Counted from the stretch's first letter, positions 25,209-38,830 are shown. The stretch: DNA of 64,000 bases from Hemiscyllium ocellatum (GCF_020745735.1 NW_026869034.1:62001-126000), one strand, 5' to 3'. Notes: a model not told the origin generated them from the sequence alone. Numbers and translations: made by a program.

Positions 25209-25236
25209 CGGTTCTGCATTGATCATAAATGCCGTG
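25209..25236 (-). other. Degenerate 12-bp-spacer RSS directly after the pre-joined V(D)
   Basis: CACGGCA-tttatgatcaat-GCAGAACCG aligns with CACTGCA-attatgatcgat-ACAAAAACC at 42936-42963. Confidence 0.8.
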
Positions 25237-25697
25237 TACCAACTGCACAGTCTTAAGGTTAATCATGTCCAACGCAAAAATGTTGTTTGAACTGCCTATG
25301 GAAGCAGTAAATCGTCCTTCAATCGTTGGTGCACAGTTATTGTTGGATGAAGTTTGGTACCAAAGCAGCCACTCCAGGCCCTGCTCGGGAACTTGTCGGA
25401 CCGAGTGCAGGTAGCAGCTGCAAAGATTGAACTTGCTGGTTTTACAGGTCAGTCTCAGGGTGCCTCTGGAAAGGCCAATCCCTGCCTCTGGATGAGTCAA
25501 AATAACCTTTTACTGGACATCTTTAAAAAAGAAAATAAATAAACCTTGAGCATGAACGCTGATGAAATGATGGCTGAGTCGTTGACATTCCTGCAGTAGA
25601 CTGATATTGAGACAGTCACAAAGAGAGACTCGAACAAAAAATACTGACATGTTAAGACAGTCAGTAACAAGCTTAGAAAAATTGTCGACCTAATCGT
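25237..25697 (-). pseudogene. IGHV: IgM-type VH pseudogene (leader exon 25697-25649, V exon from 25520), germline-joined
   Basis: Leader xIRSTIFLSLLLTVLT has start ATG>ACG. TCA>TAA at 25512-25510. LTHPEAG...LRLTCKTS...[16 protein letters not shown]...GRFTAS has Trp>Ser. A deletion removes EDTAIYYC. Confidence 0.93.
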
Positions 25698-25898
25698 TGT
25701 GATAACTTGTGGAAAACGGTTCTGTCAAGGTCTTTCTAAACAAAGCCGATCCAGGAGTGTTGAATTATGGTCCAGTGCCCAGGATTAATATGACCATCAG
25801 AAGGCTCAGGCTTACAGTTTCCACCTATTGGTTTCCTGCTGGATGCTGAGACCGGATCCTGGTATCAGCTTGCACAGCCCGAAGAGATGGACTCATGT

Positions 25899-25909
25899 AT
25901 TTACATGAG
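25899..25909 (-). promoter_or_regulatory. Octamer-like VH promoter motif CTCATGTAAAT (left cluster)
   Basis: Identical motif about 200 bp upstream of the leader start in both clusters. Confidence 0.45.
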
Positions 25910-27986
25910 GATATGCATTAACATGGAGATATACACATCTTGGGATATTTGTTTTGCTGAATAGCTTCTTTAGACGTTTTTTTTAAATGGTGGAAGTAAA
26001 TTTGAGTAGCTTCCGGTCTGCTTCAGATATAGTCGCAAGTATTTTGTTTCAAAAAAACAAAACGAATTAAATTGAAATTTAGCTCCCTTTATTTCAGCGT
26101 TCATCCACAAGCAGATAAAACTAAAACTAAAGTTCAAAGATGTTGCTAGCTAATTAAATAGTTGAGTCTTTTTTCCTCTGGACACTGAAATTCTATGTTG
26201 CACTACAAAATAGCATGTAATTCATGCGAAACATTTCGAAATTCACTTTAGGCAATTGAATACAGAGCGTGTCCAAAGTGATTATATTTACAATATTCAA
26301 TTAGAAGTTAATTCCCTTTAATTCTGCATTCAACCACAAGCAGATAAAACTAAAAAGAACTTCAATAATACTATTAGCCAACAAAGTAGTGACTTTATTT
26401 TTGCTGTCCCTCAAAGTCTCTCTGACATTACAAATTAATATTTCATTACAAATCAGCGTTTCTAAATTCAATGTAGGCAACATAATATGGAGCATGTCTG
26501 AAGTGATTATGTTGAGAATGTGAGTACATGTCACGAAACAGTTTGGACCCCGAGATTAGAAGTACCTCCTTACATTGCAGAATGTCTCTCCTTGCATCTT
26601 TTCTTTCTAATTGCTCCGACCCTAAAATGCATCGTAAAGGAAAGCTGTGTGCCTGAGAACCAAAAAATGATTTGGCAGTGATACCAAACACCCAGGTAAC
26701 CTTTTGACAGAGCATCTAATGAACTGGAACAGGCCAGTCCATGAGTTAAAAGTAAATCATCAACATGTAAACCATTGTAGGTAACTGTCTTGTACGTCAG
26801 GAGTGTTTGGTTAATTTAGATAGTATTACAATAATTATTACCATGAATGTAGGTTATAAACAGTACATTAATCTGTTCACTGGAGGCTCTGACATGGGCA
26901 GTTAACTCGTAAATATCAGCAATAACTCGCCGTTACACTACATTAGTATTAACCATGTATAACGGGTCCTTCTAGTTTTAAAGAGATGCATGAATCAGAG
27001 GATGGTGCAACGAGTGATGTGAGTTTTAACCAATTCAAGTGTGTTAATTTACTTTGAGATGATAATAAATGATACTGCAATGTGCGATATGGGATTCATT
27101 AACTTCATATTCAGGAGCTTTTAAGATACTCAATAAACAGGCTGAACTAACCAGAACGTCATTGCATTCAATTTCCTGTTTTCTGGCAGTCTTACATTGA
27201 ATGCTGTATTCAGTGACTTTCCTTTTTAAAGAAGAAATGCTACATGAAATTTGTCCATTGGGAGTAAACGGGCAAATATAATTTGTTCGGTAGAATTTTA
27301 TCTTGGTTGATTCATTTTCCCTTTAATCAGCCAGATACAACGGTTGGCAGCAATTAAGCTGACTGCAGAAAAGGTCCTAGAGTTCCCAGGTTTATTTCCA
27401 GGAAGCATCTGAGTTTTTGCAGTGGATCAAAGATATTTTTGTCTCACTATTGACCAGTTGGTGGAAAGCCAACTGCGAGCCATAACCACTGCCTTCGCAG
27501 AAACAAATCTACACAGCAACAATGCTGGAGAAAATTGTCTTTTTCAATTTTGTACCTTGGAGAACTCGTCCCACCTCTCATTGAATGAAATATTCGCAGA
27601 GTATCGGACACAATCTAAACATCATCAGGTCATTCGAGGATCACTACAGCACTATTTAATATTGAGAAAATCGTTAAATCGTCTCAGAGTCATGGAGTGA
27701 TACAGCATGGAAACAGACACTTCGGTCTAACCAGTCCATATCAGTGATAATCCCAAACTAACTGATCCCACCTGTGTGTACTTGGGACATATTCTTCCAA
27801 ACATTTGTTACAGGTTTATTTATCCAAACGTCTTCTAACAATTTTAACAATACCCATCACCAAATCATCCCACATACAAACCATTCACTGTGAAAAAAGT
27901 TGTGTCCGTTATCTTTTTAAAAGTTTTTCTCCTCTTATTGTAAAAACATGCCCCCTACTGTTGAAATCCCCCACCATACGGAAATA

Positions 27987-30132
27987 ACGCCAATGTCTCT
28001 GTCAAAAATTGAAAACAATCCCAGCTCCAAACATTTACAACATATCACTATGGGTCTTGCATGAGTCCAAAAAGGATTGCCCCCTTCGAACAATGATTTC
28101 TAAACTTTGCTTGCGTATCTGTTGTGAAGGACGTTTTCCAATAACTTCTGAAGTGCAAATTTTTCACATCAATCGGATGAAAGTAACATTTCGTGTGTTA
28201 CCCCTCACAAAAAAACAAGCACGTTTGTTGACACGAGTTGCTCTGAGGAAGTTTATGATTGATACTTTTATATAACAAAAACATTTCCAATGTTGTGAGG
28301 GCTCATCTATCATCTGTGCAATGGTCTGAATTTTAACTTTCGTCCAACTGCAGATGAAACTGACTGATCTGTGTAAAAGTACAGTCTGTGCCTTTACATT
28401 GTCAATATTTATTGCTGACTTTAGTTGAATAAATGGATGCTGTCCCTAGCATCGTCTGCCACCATGAATTACACCAGTAATTTCCACATCGCTAGCTGGA
28501 ATGACAGGTGGAGTTTATTGATATGTGATATTTTTGAAACGAAAGCTTTAAAAATTTCCGGAATGAATCATGCCAATTAGATCCATTCAACTTTCCACTC
28601 ATAGCTTTATAAACTTATATGAGGTCACCCCTCGAACTCTCACCTCCAGTGAAAAATGTTCCAGTCTATCTGGATTTCCGACGTTGACTCTGTTCCCTCA
28701 CATTCTGCTGCTAAAGATCCTCCCGCCACCCCAGGTCCATAGAGTGTATTCGTTGTTACTAGTTCAAAGAAAAGAAAGGAAGTTGTCCCAACATATTGTT
28801 CAACTTTATTTGGCTTCGAATACCATAAAAAATAAATGTTCATGTTATTGCTGCTTGATGGGAGAATGCCATGTACACTGAATCTGCTGAAATACCTCCA
28901 GCACCATCCTGAATCTGGTTCGCAGATTCACCTGTTGCTTACAAATGAAAGTACATATCAAGGAACAGTGAATATCGTCCACCAGCTACATACGCCCCCA
29001 ATCCTCCCCGACCTGTACTTTGCACTTTGGAAATCCGTATTGTAAATAATCAGTTAGAAGAAGTGTTTATTTAAATAAAACTTGCTTAATTCATGTTGCT
29101 GATCTTGGCTGAATAAACGTATGCTGCTGTCAGCATTTCTGGGGAAATTATCTGCATTTTTTTCATGTCGGTTTACATTGATGTTAAGTAACGAATCGTC
29201 AAAATGTCTTGAGAAACAACGTTTAGAAATGGGCCCATATGCTCCCCAGGCATGCACCAACTGTTTGAATGTTGATACAATTTTGCCCCGACTTTTTCCC
29301 CAAAAAACATGATTTACAGCATTTGAAATCATATCTATGTTGATATTGGATTAGACCCTAAGCAATGTTCACGAATCTTTATTTCAAGTGCTACCACCTG
29401 CAGGGTTACAGACAAAATGCTACAAAGTGAGTGTCGGCTGGAAGGGTCTGTTTTCAGGTGGCACAGGTGCGATGGGTGAAGTGATCCCTCTCTGTCATGA
29501 AAGCTTTCTACAACTCTAAATCTATCTTTCCTCCTTTGTCTAATTAAGAGGATGCAATTCACATGGTTTATACCGGAAACAATCCAAGCCTTCGTTTCAA
29601 TTATATCACAAATCAATAAACACCACCTGATACTCTGGCTTGCGATGTGGATATTAATGGTCTAATTAATACTGACAGATGATGCCTGGGACAACATTCA
29701 TTTATTCAACCAAAGGCAGCATTATAAATTAATAATGTGAAAAGCACAAACTGTAATTTTACCCAGTTTCCCCTGCAGTCAGACACACAATTCAGACCAT
29801 TGCACAAAAGGTAGATGAGCCCTCACAACATTGGAAATGATTTTGTTTGATAAAAGAATCAATCTTAGACTTCCTTAGAGCAACTTGTTTCAAGAAAGTT
29901 GCTTGATTATTTTTATGTGTGGTAACATACGAACTGTTACTTTATTCTGACTGATGTGAACCATTTGCACTTCAGGTTATTTGAATATATTCACAGCATA
30001 TACGTGAGCAAATTTTAGTAATCATTGATTCAAAGGGGACTATTTTTCTTTGGACTCAAGCAAGATCCATAGTGATATTTTGTAATGTTTTGAGCTGTGA
30101 TTGCTTTAAATGTTTGACTAAGATATTGGCGT
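27987..30132. repeat. Local inverted repeat, ~590-bp arms (27987-28580 and 29550-30132) with ~1 kb loop
   Basis: acgccaatgtctctgtcaaaa...cccagctccaaacatttacaa pairs with the reverse complement of 30030-30132. gctgactttagttgaataaa (28415) pairs with tttattcaaccaaaggcagc (29701). Confidence 0.8.
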
Positions 30133-30462
30133 AAAGTACAAAACCTCACCATTTACTCTAACATGAAACTAGCAACCACTGTGAACCAGGAAGACGATGG
30201 TTCAGAATTTAACAAGGCCCTAGCAAGGTTCGTGTAATGGACAGACAAGTGATACATGACATTTACCAAAAGCATTTATGAAATGATTAATTTAGATCGG
30301 AAGAATGCAAGAACACAAATACACGGCTCTGGCTGCATTTCAATATACTATCAATTACTTTTCGACTACAAATTAAAATAATTGTGTCTTTGTTTATACT
30401 TAATACACCCTATCTTGTTCCGGGGCTAAGATAGTTTTTTTTAAAATTTATTTCACTCAAGA

Positions 30463-30493
<31 letters not shown>

Positions 30494-30500
30494 TATATAT
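30463..30500. repeat. (AT)n(AC)n(AT)n microsatellite
   Basis: Read directly from the sequence. Confidence 0.95.
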
Positions 30501-30699
30501 GCTGCATTTTGCCTCTGTTTGGACCAAACTTGGTTTGGTGTCAGCTTGTATCACTCGAGCTGCTTTTTCAGGAAGTGAATCTCTCCATCTGTTATGTCAA
30601 AATACACTGTTCCTGCTTTTATCGAAATAAATCCTGACCATACCATTTAAATTCAGAACCAGTTATCTTGTATTTATTCAGTGGAAATGAACAGAATAT

Positions 30700-31720
30700 G
30701 AACAGCCTGTTATTGATCGGTGGGAGAGGGAGTTAAAGTGTTCAGAAAAGGGGCCGTGGGGTTGATTGGCGCAGGTGTCTCAGAGATGTTCTTTGAAATG
30801 ATCCACAAGTTGACATCCTGTCTCCCTGATGTAGATGACACCAAATCTGGTGGTACAGACTCAGACGGAGGTGAGGGGGAGGCGTAGGCGCAGGTTTTAC
30901 ACTTCCTTCGGTGGCAGGGGAAGATGACGGGGTGGGGAGTGGGCTGGTGGCGGGCGTGGACCTGACGAGGGAGTCGTGGAGGGAATGCTGTCTGCAGAAT
31001 GCAGATAGTGGTAGGGAGGGAAATATACCCCAAGTAATGGGGTCTGCTTGCAGGTGGTGGAAGTGGTGGAGGATGATATGATATATGCAAGGTCATTGCG
31101 GTGAAGGTGACGACCAAGAGGGCTCCCTGCTGCGATTGGAGGGGGTGCGGGTTTCCAGGGCATTGTCGACCAGGTGGGAGGGGAAATTGTAGTCTTTGAA
31201 AAATGAGGTTATCTAGTACGTTCTATGGTGGAATTGGTCCTCCTGGGAGCAGATGCGGTGGAGGCAAGGGAATTGAGAAGAAGGGATTTTTTTTACAGAA
31301 GGTAGGGTGGGAGGAGATGTCGTCCAAGTAGCTGTGGGAGTCAGTGGGCTTGTAGTAAATGTTTAGTCGTTAATTCGTGATGGAGATGGAGTGGTCTAGG
31401 AATGGGAGGGAGTGTCCCAGATGGTCCCTGTGAAGTTGAGGTCAGGGTGGAATGTTTTAGTGAAGTTGATGCACTGTTCAAACTCCGAGATGAAATGGCG
31501 CTGATACAGTCATCAATGTAGCGGAGGTAAAGGTGGGCAATGGTACCGGTGTAGCTGTGGAAGATTGACTGTTTCACATATCCGACGAAGAGGCAGGCAT
31601 AGCTTGGGCCCATCCGGGTGCCCATGTCTACTCCTTTAGGTTGGAGGTAATGAGAAGATTGGAAGTAAAAGTAGTTGACAGTTGAGCTGTTCAGCCAAGT
31701 GAATGAGAGTGTGAGAGGCA
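30700..31720 (-). mobile_element. Penelope-like element fragment (RT plus zinc-knuckle/GIY-YIG region)
   Basis: MGTRMGPSYACLFVGY...YLRYIDD and FPCHRRKCKTC in minus-strand ORFs. Confidence 0.85.
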
Positions 31721-32999
31721 GGGTACTGCTTGCGTTAGTGTAACAGGAAAAACTGGTGAGCTTCAAGGCCTGTGTCATGGTGTTTGCATGTGTACAAGGC
31801 CTTGTCATTCTGTTCATTCTGGGGCTTATCAATAGCTCGCACTTTTTATGGAACTGCAAGGACAATGGCTGGTAACTCAGAAAAAACAATGTTTTAGACT
31901 TCCGCTTGAAGCAAATTTTGACCAGAACGTTAAATACCACAAAGCTCACTGTGGGAAATGTCAGTGACTTCAAATTTTAAGAATATTTGAAACTCTGTTA
32001 AAACTAGGCATTTTCAATCATAGTTTCTGAAATAATCGAGAAAATACTTAGCCGTTAGAATTAGCCCTTTCAACTATGATTTGCAAAGTTTGAAGCTATA
32101 CAGTGCTGTGCTTTATTTCAATTCAATGTCGGTCAGCGTTAGACAAGACGAGGTGATCTCTCCATATATGGATTCTGTTAATCGGACACACCGACATACC
32201 TGTCTCTACGAAATTGTTTGCTTAATTGATGAAAATCTATTAATAGATCAAACAGAATGTATTCAGCTGGGGAGGTGATAGATACAGAAAACAGAATCTA
32301 AAACTGGGAACATTAAATCTGAAGTGAGAGTAACAAGAAGTTCCTCAAAGACAGGAATAGGTGCAGTCGATATGTTCCAGACGGTGGTGATTCGAATGGG
32401 TTTGTTACATAGTCGGGAGACTCGTCCAATGACGTCCTGGTATCGGACCACAAAACAGCGATTGAAAGGTCGTTTCAATGCACATTTTACACTTTGTGCC
32501 CTGATATAGGCCACATTGGCAGATGTTTCCGCCAGATTGTGTCCCCTGAGTTTATTTTCTGATGAGAAGTGAGATGTTTGCTAGCTGCTGGCACATACAA
32601 ACAGGAAGTTGTGTGTCAGCTGAGAATGATACACCAGGCGCTACATTCTGTATTATCAGCACAAACAGTCATCTTGCCTCTGTGGGTGAACACACAGACA
32701 GTATCAAGAACAAACGGCTGTTGGCCTCAAAATTACATTCAATTCGATTCCCTTTTTCCAGAATAAAAACGAAGCGTCAAAAGATTATTTAAGTCATAAT
32801 AAATTACCTATCTGAGAGATACGAAGAGTTACCATTGGGCCAAAGGAGGTAAACGACAATATGTAGTTTCGCTCATAAATCTATGTTTAAAAGTAGAAAG
32901 CATGAGGGAAGTTAATAAATAAATCTAAGAGACAGCATTCATTAACAGTTGGAATTGCAAGTTGTAAACATTAAAATTCAGCATGTCTTTGGTGGAAGT

Positions 33000-33600
33000 G
33001 ATATCATATCGGACATGGTTGATTCTGCTTTCCGAAGAGGTAATGAGATTTGTCAACGAGTGTCAAAAATGAATGAAATGCTTCTTGACTTCAATGAGGT
33101 TTTTGACAAGAGCTTGTATCTTCAGTAAAGTAAAGAGTTCATGGGATCTTTTGCAGTTTGGCAAATGCATCGAAGGTTTAGTTGGTGGCAGAAGGTCGAG
33201 GGTAATGGTCGACGGTAATCTTTATGAAGACATATCTTGTCCAGTGGCTTGTTATAAGACTTTGTGTTGGATTCTTTGCTGTTTGCAGTGTATATTAATG
33301 ATCTCGTCAAGAATGTAGCAATTTTGATGAGTAAGATCAAAGATAAGGTGAAAAACGTTTAGTTTTGCAATTGAGGAGGAGGAAATCCTTGGAATACAGT
33401 ATGACATCGATGACTTGCCTTTCCGACAGAAGAATGAATTGAAAACGAAATATTATATCCTGAGGTCTGTGAAATAAAGCATTTTCGAGACTAACAATTT
33501 AAGCAAATATACGATGCACAGTTGGAACCTACAAAACACAAAAGGTAAGCGATCTCTTGTTGTGCATAGCCACATCATGTGGTGAGTTAGGTGTGGACGA
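33000..33600 (+). mobile_element. Highly degenerate CR1 RT fragment
   Basis: ttgacttcaatgaggtttttgacaag (DF.KAFDK-like) and downstream QGSVLG-like remnants. Confidence 0.55.
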
Positions 33601-33829
33601 TAGTTTCCAGGTATTGTGGTTTGACTATTAATTCAGGAAACTCGGGTCTCAGACCGCAGTGCTGCCACATCAGGTCGTGAATTATGGTTTTTAATTAAAC
33701 AACTCATTCGAGGAATAGGTTCCACAGATATTCCCATGCTCTGTGATAGATAGCATAACATATCAGTGCAAAAAGTAAGGCTGCAGCATTCACAACAATC
33801 TTTAGCATGAAGTGCCAATTGTATTATCC

Positions 33830-35370
33830 ATCTTGGCATCTTCCAATGACCACCAATATTACAGATACCTGTCTTCAGGGAAATTGCTTCCCTCCATGTG
33901 ATTTCAAGACATTGTTGGGACTCTCGTTACTGCAAATGCTATGGAGCCTGACAAAATTATTACAATAATACTGTTGACTTCTGCTAGCCAAGCAGTCCCA
34001 GTACAGCTACTACACTGGAATCGACTCGACAACATGGAAAATAGGTCAGGCATGTCCTGTGCACTGAAAATAGGACAAACCATCCTGACGAATTACTGCC
34101 CCATCAGTCCAAGCCCAATCTTGAGTTAGGTGTAGGAAGGTGCTATCAACGATGCTATCAAGCAACAATGGCCCAGCAATAATCTGCTCGGTGATGCTCA
34201 ATGTGGATTAGAAAGGCCAACTCAGCTCTTGTCTGAATTACAGACTTGATGCAAACATGGAGAAAGAACTGAATTCCAGAAATGATGGGAGAGTGACAGC
34301 CTTTGATAATCAAGTCAAATTTGACAGAGTAAGGTATTATGGAGCCCTGGCAAAACTGGAATCAATGGATATTAAGTGACAAACTCCCCGCTGCCTGGAC
34401 AGACATTGGACGATGGTTCTGGTTGCTGAAGGTCACTCAATTCAGCCGAAGCAAATCTCTGTCAGAGTTCTTCAAGAAAGTGTCCTCGGGCCATCCATCT
34501 TCAGCTAATTCATCAATGACATTTCCTCCATCAGATGGTTAGAAATGAAAAGTGCACTTTTTTTGACTCCTCGCACACGGAATTAGTCCACAGTCAAATG
34601 CCAGAAGATCTGTACAATATCCATACTTGTGCTGACAATTGGCAAGTAGCATTCACACCACAAAACTGCCAGACAATAATCAGCGACCATCAGAGACAAT
34701 CTAACTAAAACCCCATGATATTGTTACCATTATTGAATCTCTCACCATCAACATCCTGGGTTTTTTTGTTGATTAGAAATTGAATTGGAAACTTCATATA
34801 AATACATTGGTTGTAAGAGCAGGCCAGAGGCTAGGATTACTGCAGCGAGTAACTCACCCTCCTGACTCGCATAAAGAATTGACTGTAGAAAAGACAGAAG
34901 TCAGGACTGTAATAGCACAGCTCTACCTTTTATTGGATAGGAGCATGTTTAACTGCTGTCAAGAAGCTTGGCAATGTCCAGGACAAAGCATCCCACTTGA
35001 TCAGCAGCATGTTCACAAGCGTCCATTGCCCCAGATCTGATGTTCAGTTCCTGCCATATGCATTATCTAAAAAACTACACTGCAGTCATTTGGCCACTTC
35101 CTTAGAGAGTAACTTCCTACTCCCAATTGCAACTCGAAAAACAAGAGCAGGAGATACATGGGAATAACAGAACTGTAAGCTCCTCTCTAAACCACTCTGC
35201 ATCTTGACATGGAAATATATCATCTATCCTTTACTGTAGCTGGGTCAAAATCTGGCATTCCCTTCCTCAGGGCACGTTGAACATGGTATTTCAGAAACGC
35301 AACTTAATGCTATCTTCTGAAGGATACCGACAAACGGCTAATAACAACCACCACATCCCATGAGTCAATA
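33830..35370 (+). mobile_element. Degenerate non-LTR retrotransposon RT fragment
   Basis: NYCPISPSPI (NYRPISL-like), A.DIKSNLTE, a QESVLGP-like motif and RAGQRLGLL. Confidence 0.6.
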
Positions 35371-35707
35371 AAATAACTATTCGTCGCAAACATGATAGCT
35401 CGATTAAGTGTTTGAGGGGGCATTACGAGTACTTAATAAACAATCAAAAAGCTTGGAGTAAAGTTCCAGAATCAAGATTTCAACCTCTAGCATGGCAACT
35501 TTAATTAATGAAAGGATTTGAAATGAAACTGCTGGTGTAATGAACGATAATCACAGACTTACCACAGTTTTGATGCACATTACATGTTCCAGTATTGTCC
35601 TTCAGAGGGGAACGTCTGCCCTGTCGACTTGGCCTGGCCTACCAGTCCAACAATAAGATGACGGTTCCTTTCCTGTGCCAAATCTGACTCAGAAATCCAT
35701 TAGCATA

Positions 35708-35880
35708 AAGTGAGGACTGCATATGTTGGAGCTCAAAGTCGAGAGTGCAATGCTGGAAAAGCACAGCAGATTAGGCAGCATTAGGTATCCTAATTAAGGG
35801 ATTATGCCCGAAACATCAATTCTTCTGCTCGTCGGATTGTGCCTGATCTGCTGTACTTTTCCAGCACGACACTCTCGAAT
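35708..35880. mobile_element. Hairpin built from two inverted Penelope-like termini
   Basis: tcgagagtgcaatgctggaaaagcacagcagattaggca pairs with tgcctgatctgctgtacttttccagcacgacactctcga. Confidence 0.65.
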
Positions 35881-38663
35881 AAGAAGTCAATCAGTTGTAA
35901 TAAATCTTCTTCAGAAAGATCAACCATAATTACCCAAGCAAGATGGTAGGCTTTCAAAAAAGTAGCTGATGACCACCTTCTTGAGATATGTGACTGACAT
36001 TTTCATATTTCAAACAAGAAGTCAAAAAGTGGAATTTGTGGTGGAGTATGGAAATCTGAAAGAGAAGCAGAATACAAATGTGGGAATTATGTAGCAAGGG
36101 AGTCAGGCTGCTCAGACAGTCCGATAGAGATTTTAAGATAAATGATTGGATGAATGGTCTCCTGTGACGTTGCTGTAAACAGAAATATAACTCTTGCCAG
36201 TATTCCAGTCCAATATTGGTTCATTATACAAAGTGTCCGTATTATTGCATTTCTGTTTGTGACCGCTTTCCGTGCATGCCTCCTGCATTTCCAAAATTAG
36301 GAACACAGTGGTGATATCACGAGACCAGTTTTCCCAAACTCAATTTTGATGCTGAATGGACAGGGTTTGGAATACCATCGTTTTCCCAGGGTGAAATTCG
36401 AATTCAAAGAAATCATGGAATCAGAAAAAAAGCCGAATGGTGGCAATGTTATCAAAGTCAATGGAAAAAATACAAAATCAGCTGGTTCACTAATGAATTA
36501 GGAAAGTCGTCTATCGCCTTTACCTGATCTGGCCGACATGAGATTCCGGAGCAATCGGGAAGTAATTCATTGCGTTCTGAAGTGGCCTTCACAAGCTATA
36601 CAATGGGCGTTCGGGGATAGGGACTCATTGCTGACCTTGCCAGCAATGTCAACATTTTAGGAAAGAATATAAGAAAATATATGCGTGATGAAACCTAGCA
36701 ACAACTATATCAATAATGCTTGATGATATCTCGCAACAACTACATCAATTAAATGTAGTTGTTGCGGCAGTTCCTGATGTCACTTCAAATATTTTACATG
36801 AATATTCTAAAATGCACTTTGAGCTGTGTTGCACCTTTTGATATTTTCCTGTCTAAACGGACTACAATATAAATCAATGGGACATTCAGAGTAGTTGGAC
36901 AGAGACGTTTAATTGCAGAACTTTCAGAACGGAATTCTTAATCTAAATAAAAGTGTTAAATTGTGTTTAATTTCCTGAAATAAATAGCATCTCTTACAAT
37001 TAATGTTCATTAATTTGTATTCCTTTCTGCAAACTGTCAACATTCTTAAATAAACTTGTTTCGAATTAAAACTTACCAGTAAATTATTTCGTTCATCTGG
37101 CTTTGCTGTCATCAACACTTCCATGAAACCAATTAAGCATTTCTGTAACTTAACACAGAAATAGAACTCTCAGAATAGATTACAGAACAACAAAACCCCA
37201 ATTTGTATTTCCCCACAAACACAAAGCACGATTATTGGCAAAAAATGCAAATAACTGAATGCATTCCAATAGTAATTTATGTTGGACCGTTTTGATACAT
37301 AGGATGTATGATTCTTAAATGACAGAGGTATCAATTGTCATGTTTAGTCAAAAAAAATTAAGAGATATATTGGCACAACCAATGTTTCAGTCTCTCTCTT
37401 TCTCTCTTCCCCTCCTGCCTTGCCCCCTTTTGTCTTTAAAGCTGATGTCTTGTTTTGCCTCTCCACAGTCAGTCAAGGTTTTCCTCAATAACATGAAGTC
37501 AACACCTCATCAACATATCCTCTCAGCCAAATTCATCCTTTTCTTCACAGTGATTTGAATCAGTAGGGCAAGATGTTCTCGAAAATCTGTCTGAGTATTG
37601 AGTGACCTGTAAATGGTTGAGGCTGCAAAACTTTACTGTGTTAGTGTTATCATTTTATCTCACCAGTATAATTCTTGGCTGAGGAATGTTTAATGGCTCA
37701 GCGTAATGCATATTTAGCCTATATTTAACCTTTTCTGCATATCTCATGGAATGTTTAATATTCTACAAGGCGATTTATTCTGTATCGATTCTGTGTTGTG
37801 CCTGCTCTGGGAGGATTTTTTTCAGGGAATCCTGGATGCAGTTCTACTATAAACCAAAATGTATTTGATATGATGCATTGGACAGTGCAATATGGAGGGA
37901 GATTTACCCAGCACATACATCGACTGTACAATCATGGAAATCATTTGATGTAGCAGTGTAAAGGGGCTTGAACCCCTACTCTTGTCTTTCTGATTTTGTA
38001 ATGTTGAGTAGCTTATAATGAACAGGCACACTCATGCACACACACATATGCAAAATATCTTTGAACAACCGTTTCAGTGTTGAATGGATGAGTGCTGTGA
38101 GAGCTTTAATGGTTTGAATTTTGGGTCTGACTGCAGGTGAAACTGGGTAAAAGCACAGTTTGTGCTTTTCGATTTGTTAATTAATATTGCTGACTTTAGT
38201 TGAATAAAGGAATGTTGTCTTAGGCATCATCTGGCACCATTAATTAGACCATTATTTTCCACATCGCGAGCTGGAGTGTCAGGTGGAATTTATAGACATG
38301 TGACATCATTAAAACGAAGGCTTGGAATGTTTCCGGAATGAATCATTTGAATTAGAGCCTCTGAATTAGACAAAGTAGGCAAGATGAATTTAGAGTTGTA
38401 GAAATCTTTCACGACAATGAGAGACCGCTTCGCCCATCGCACCTGTGCCACCTGAAAACAGACCTTTCCAGCTGACACCCACTTTAAAGTATGTTGTCCA
38501 CAAACCTGTTGGTGATAGCACTTCAAGTAAATATTTGGGAACATTGCGTAGGGTCTAATCCACTTTCATCATAGATATGATTTCCAATGTTGTAAATCCT
38601 GGCTTATGGGGAAAAAGAAGGGGTAGATGTTTCTCAAGACGTTTTGAGTATTCTTGACTTAAA

Positions 38664-38830
38664 GGAGAAAAATGCAGACATTTTCCCCAGAAATGGTGAT
38701 AGCAACGTACGTTTGTTTAGCCAAGATCAGCAACATGAATCAATGGAAATGACATGTGAAAAATGCAGACATGCTCTCCAGAAAAGCTGACAGAAACATA
38801 CGTTTATCTTGCCAAGATCAGCAACATGAA
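38664..38830 (+). repeat. Two-copy ~95-bp tandem duplication specific to the right arm
   Basis: gaaaaatgcagaca...gccaagatcagcaacatgaa occurs twice here and once in the left arm (29085-29165). Confidence 0.8.

Larger units (their letters stand above)
14340..29810 (-). repeat. Left arm of inverted segmental duplication (IgM V-J-Cmu1 cluster plus upstream flank)
   Basis: Colinear reverse-complement similarity to 38105-56130 through promoter, V, J, J-C intron, Cmu1 and shared SINEs. Roughly 75-85% identity by eye. Confidence 0.9.

Noticed and set aside
25177-25500. 107-aa ORF as a functional single-domain V
   Set aside because: The leader has no ATG, a stop lies just upstream, and the conserved Trp and second Cys are missing. 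The tail is read-through of RSS and intergenic DNA.
28640-28843. ~65-aa ORF open in both arms (also 39091-39291)
   Set aside because: Differences are mostly non-synonymous, no domain is recognisable, and the similarity is explained by the duplication.
32324-32509. SWYRTTK...GRF as a V-like fragment
   Set aside because: No upstream Cys at the proper distance, and no YYC or RSS.
37600-37700. AKLYC...SWLRN as an Ig C1-like remnant in the spacer
   Set aside because: Spacing is off, stops flank it, and there is no second Cys or exon structure.
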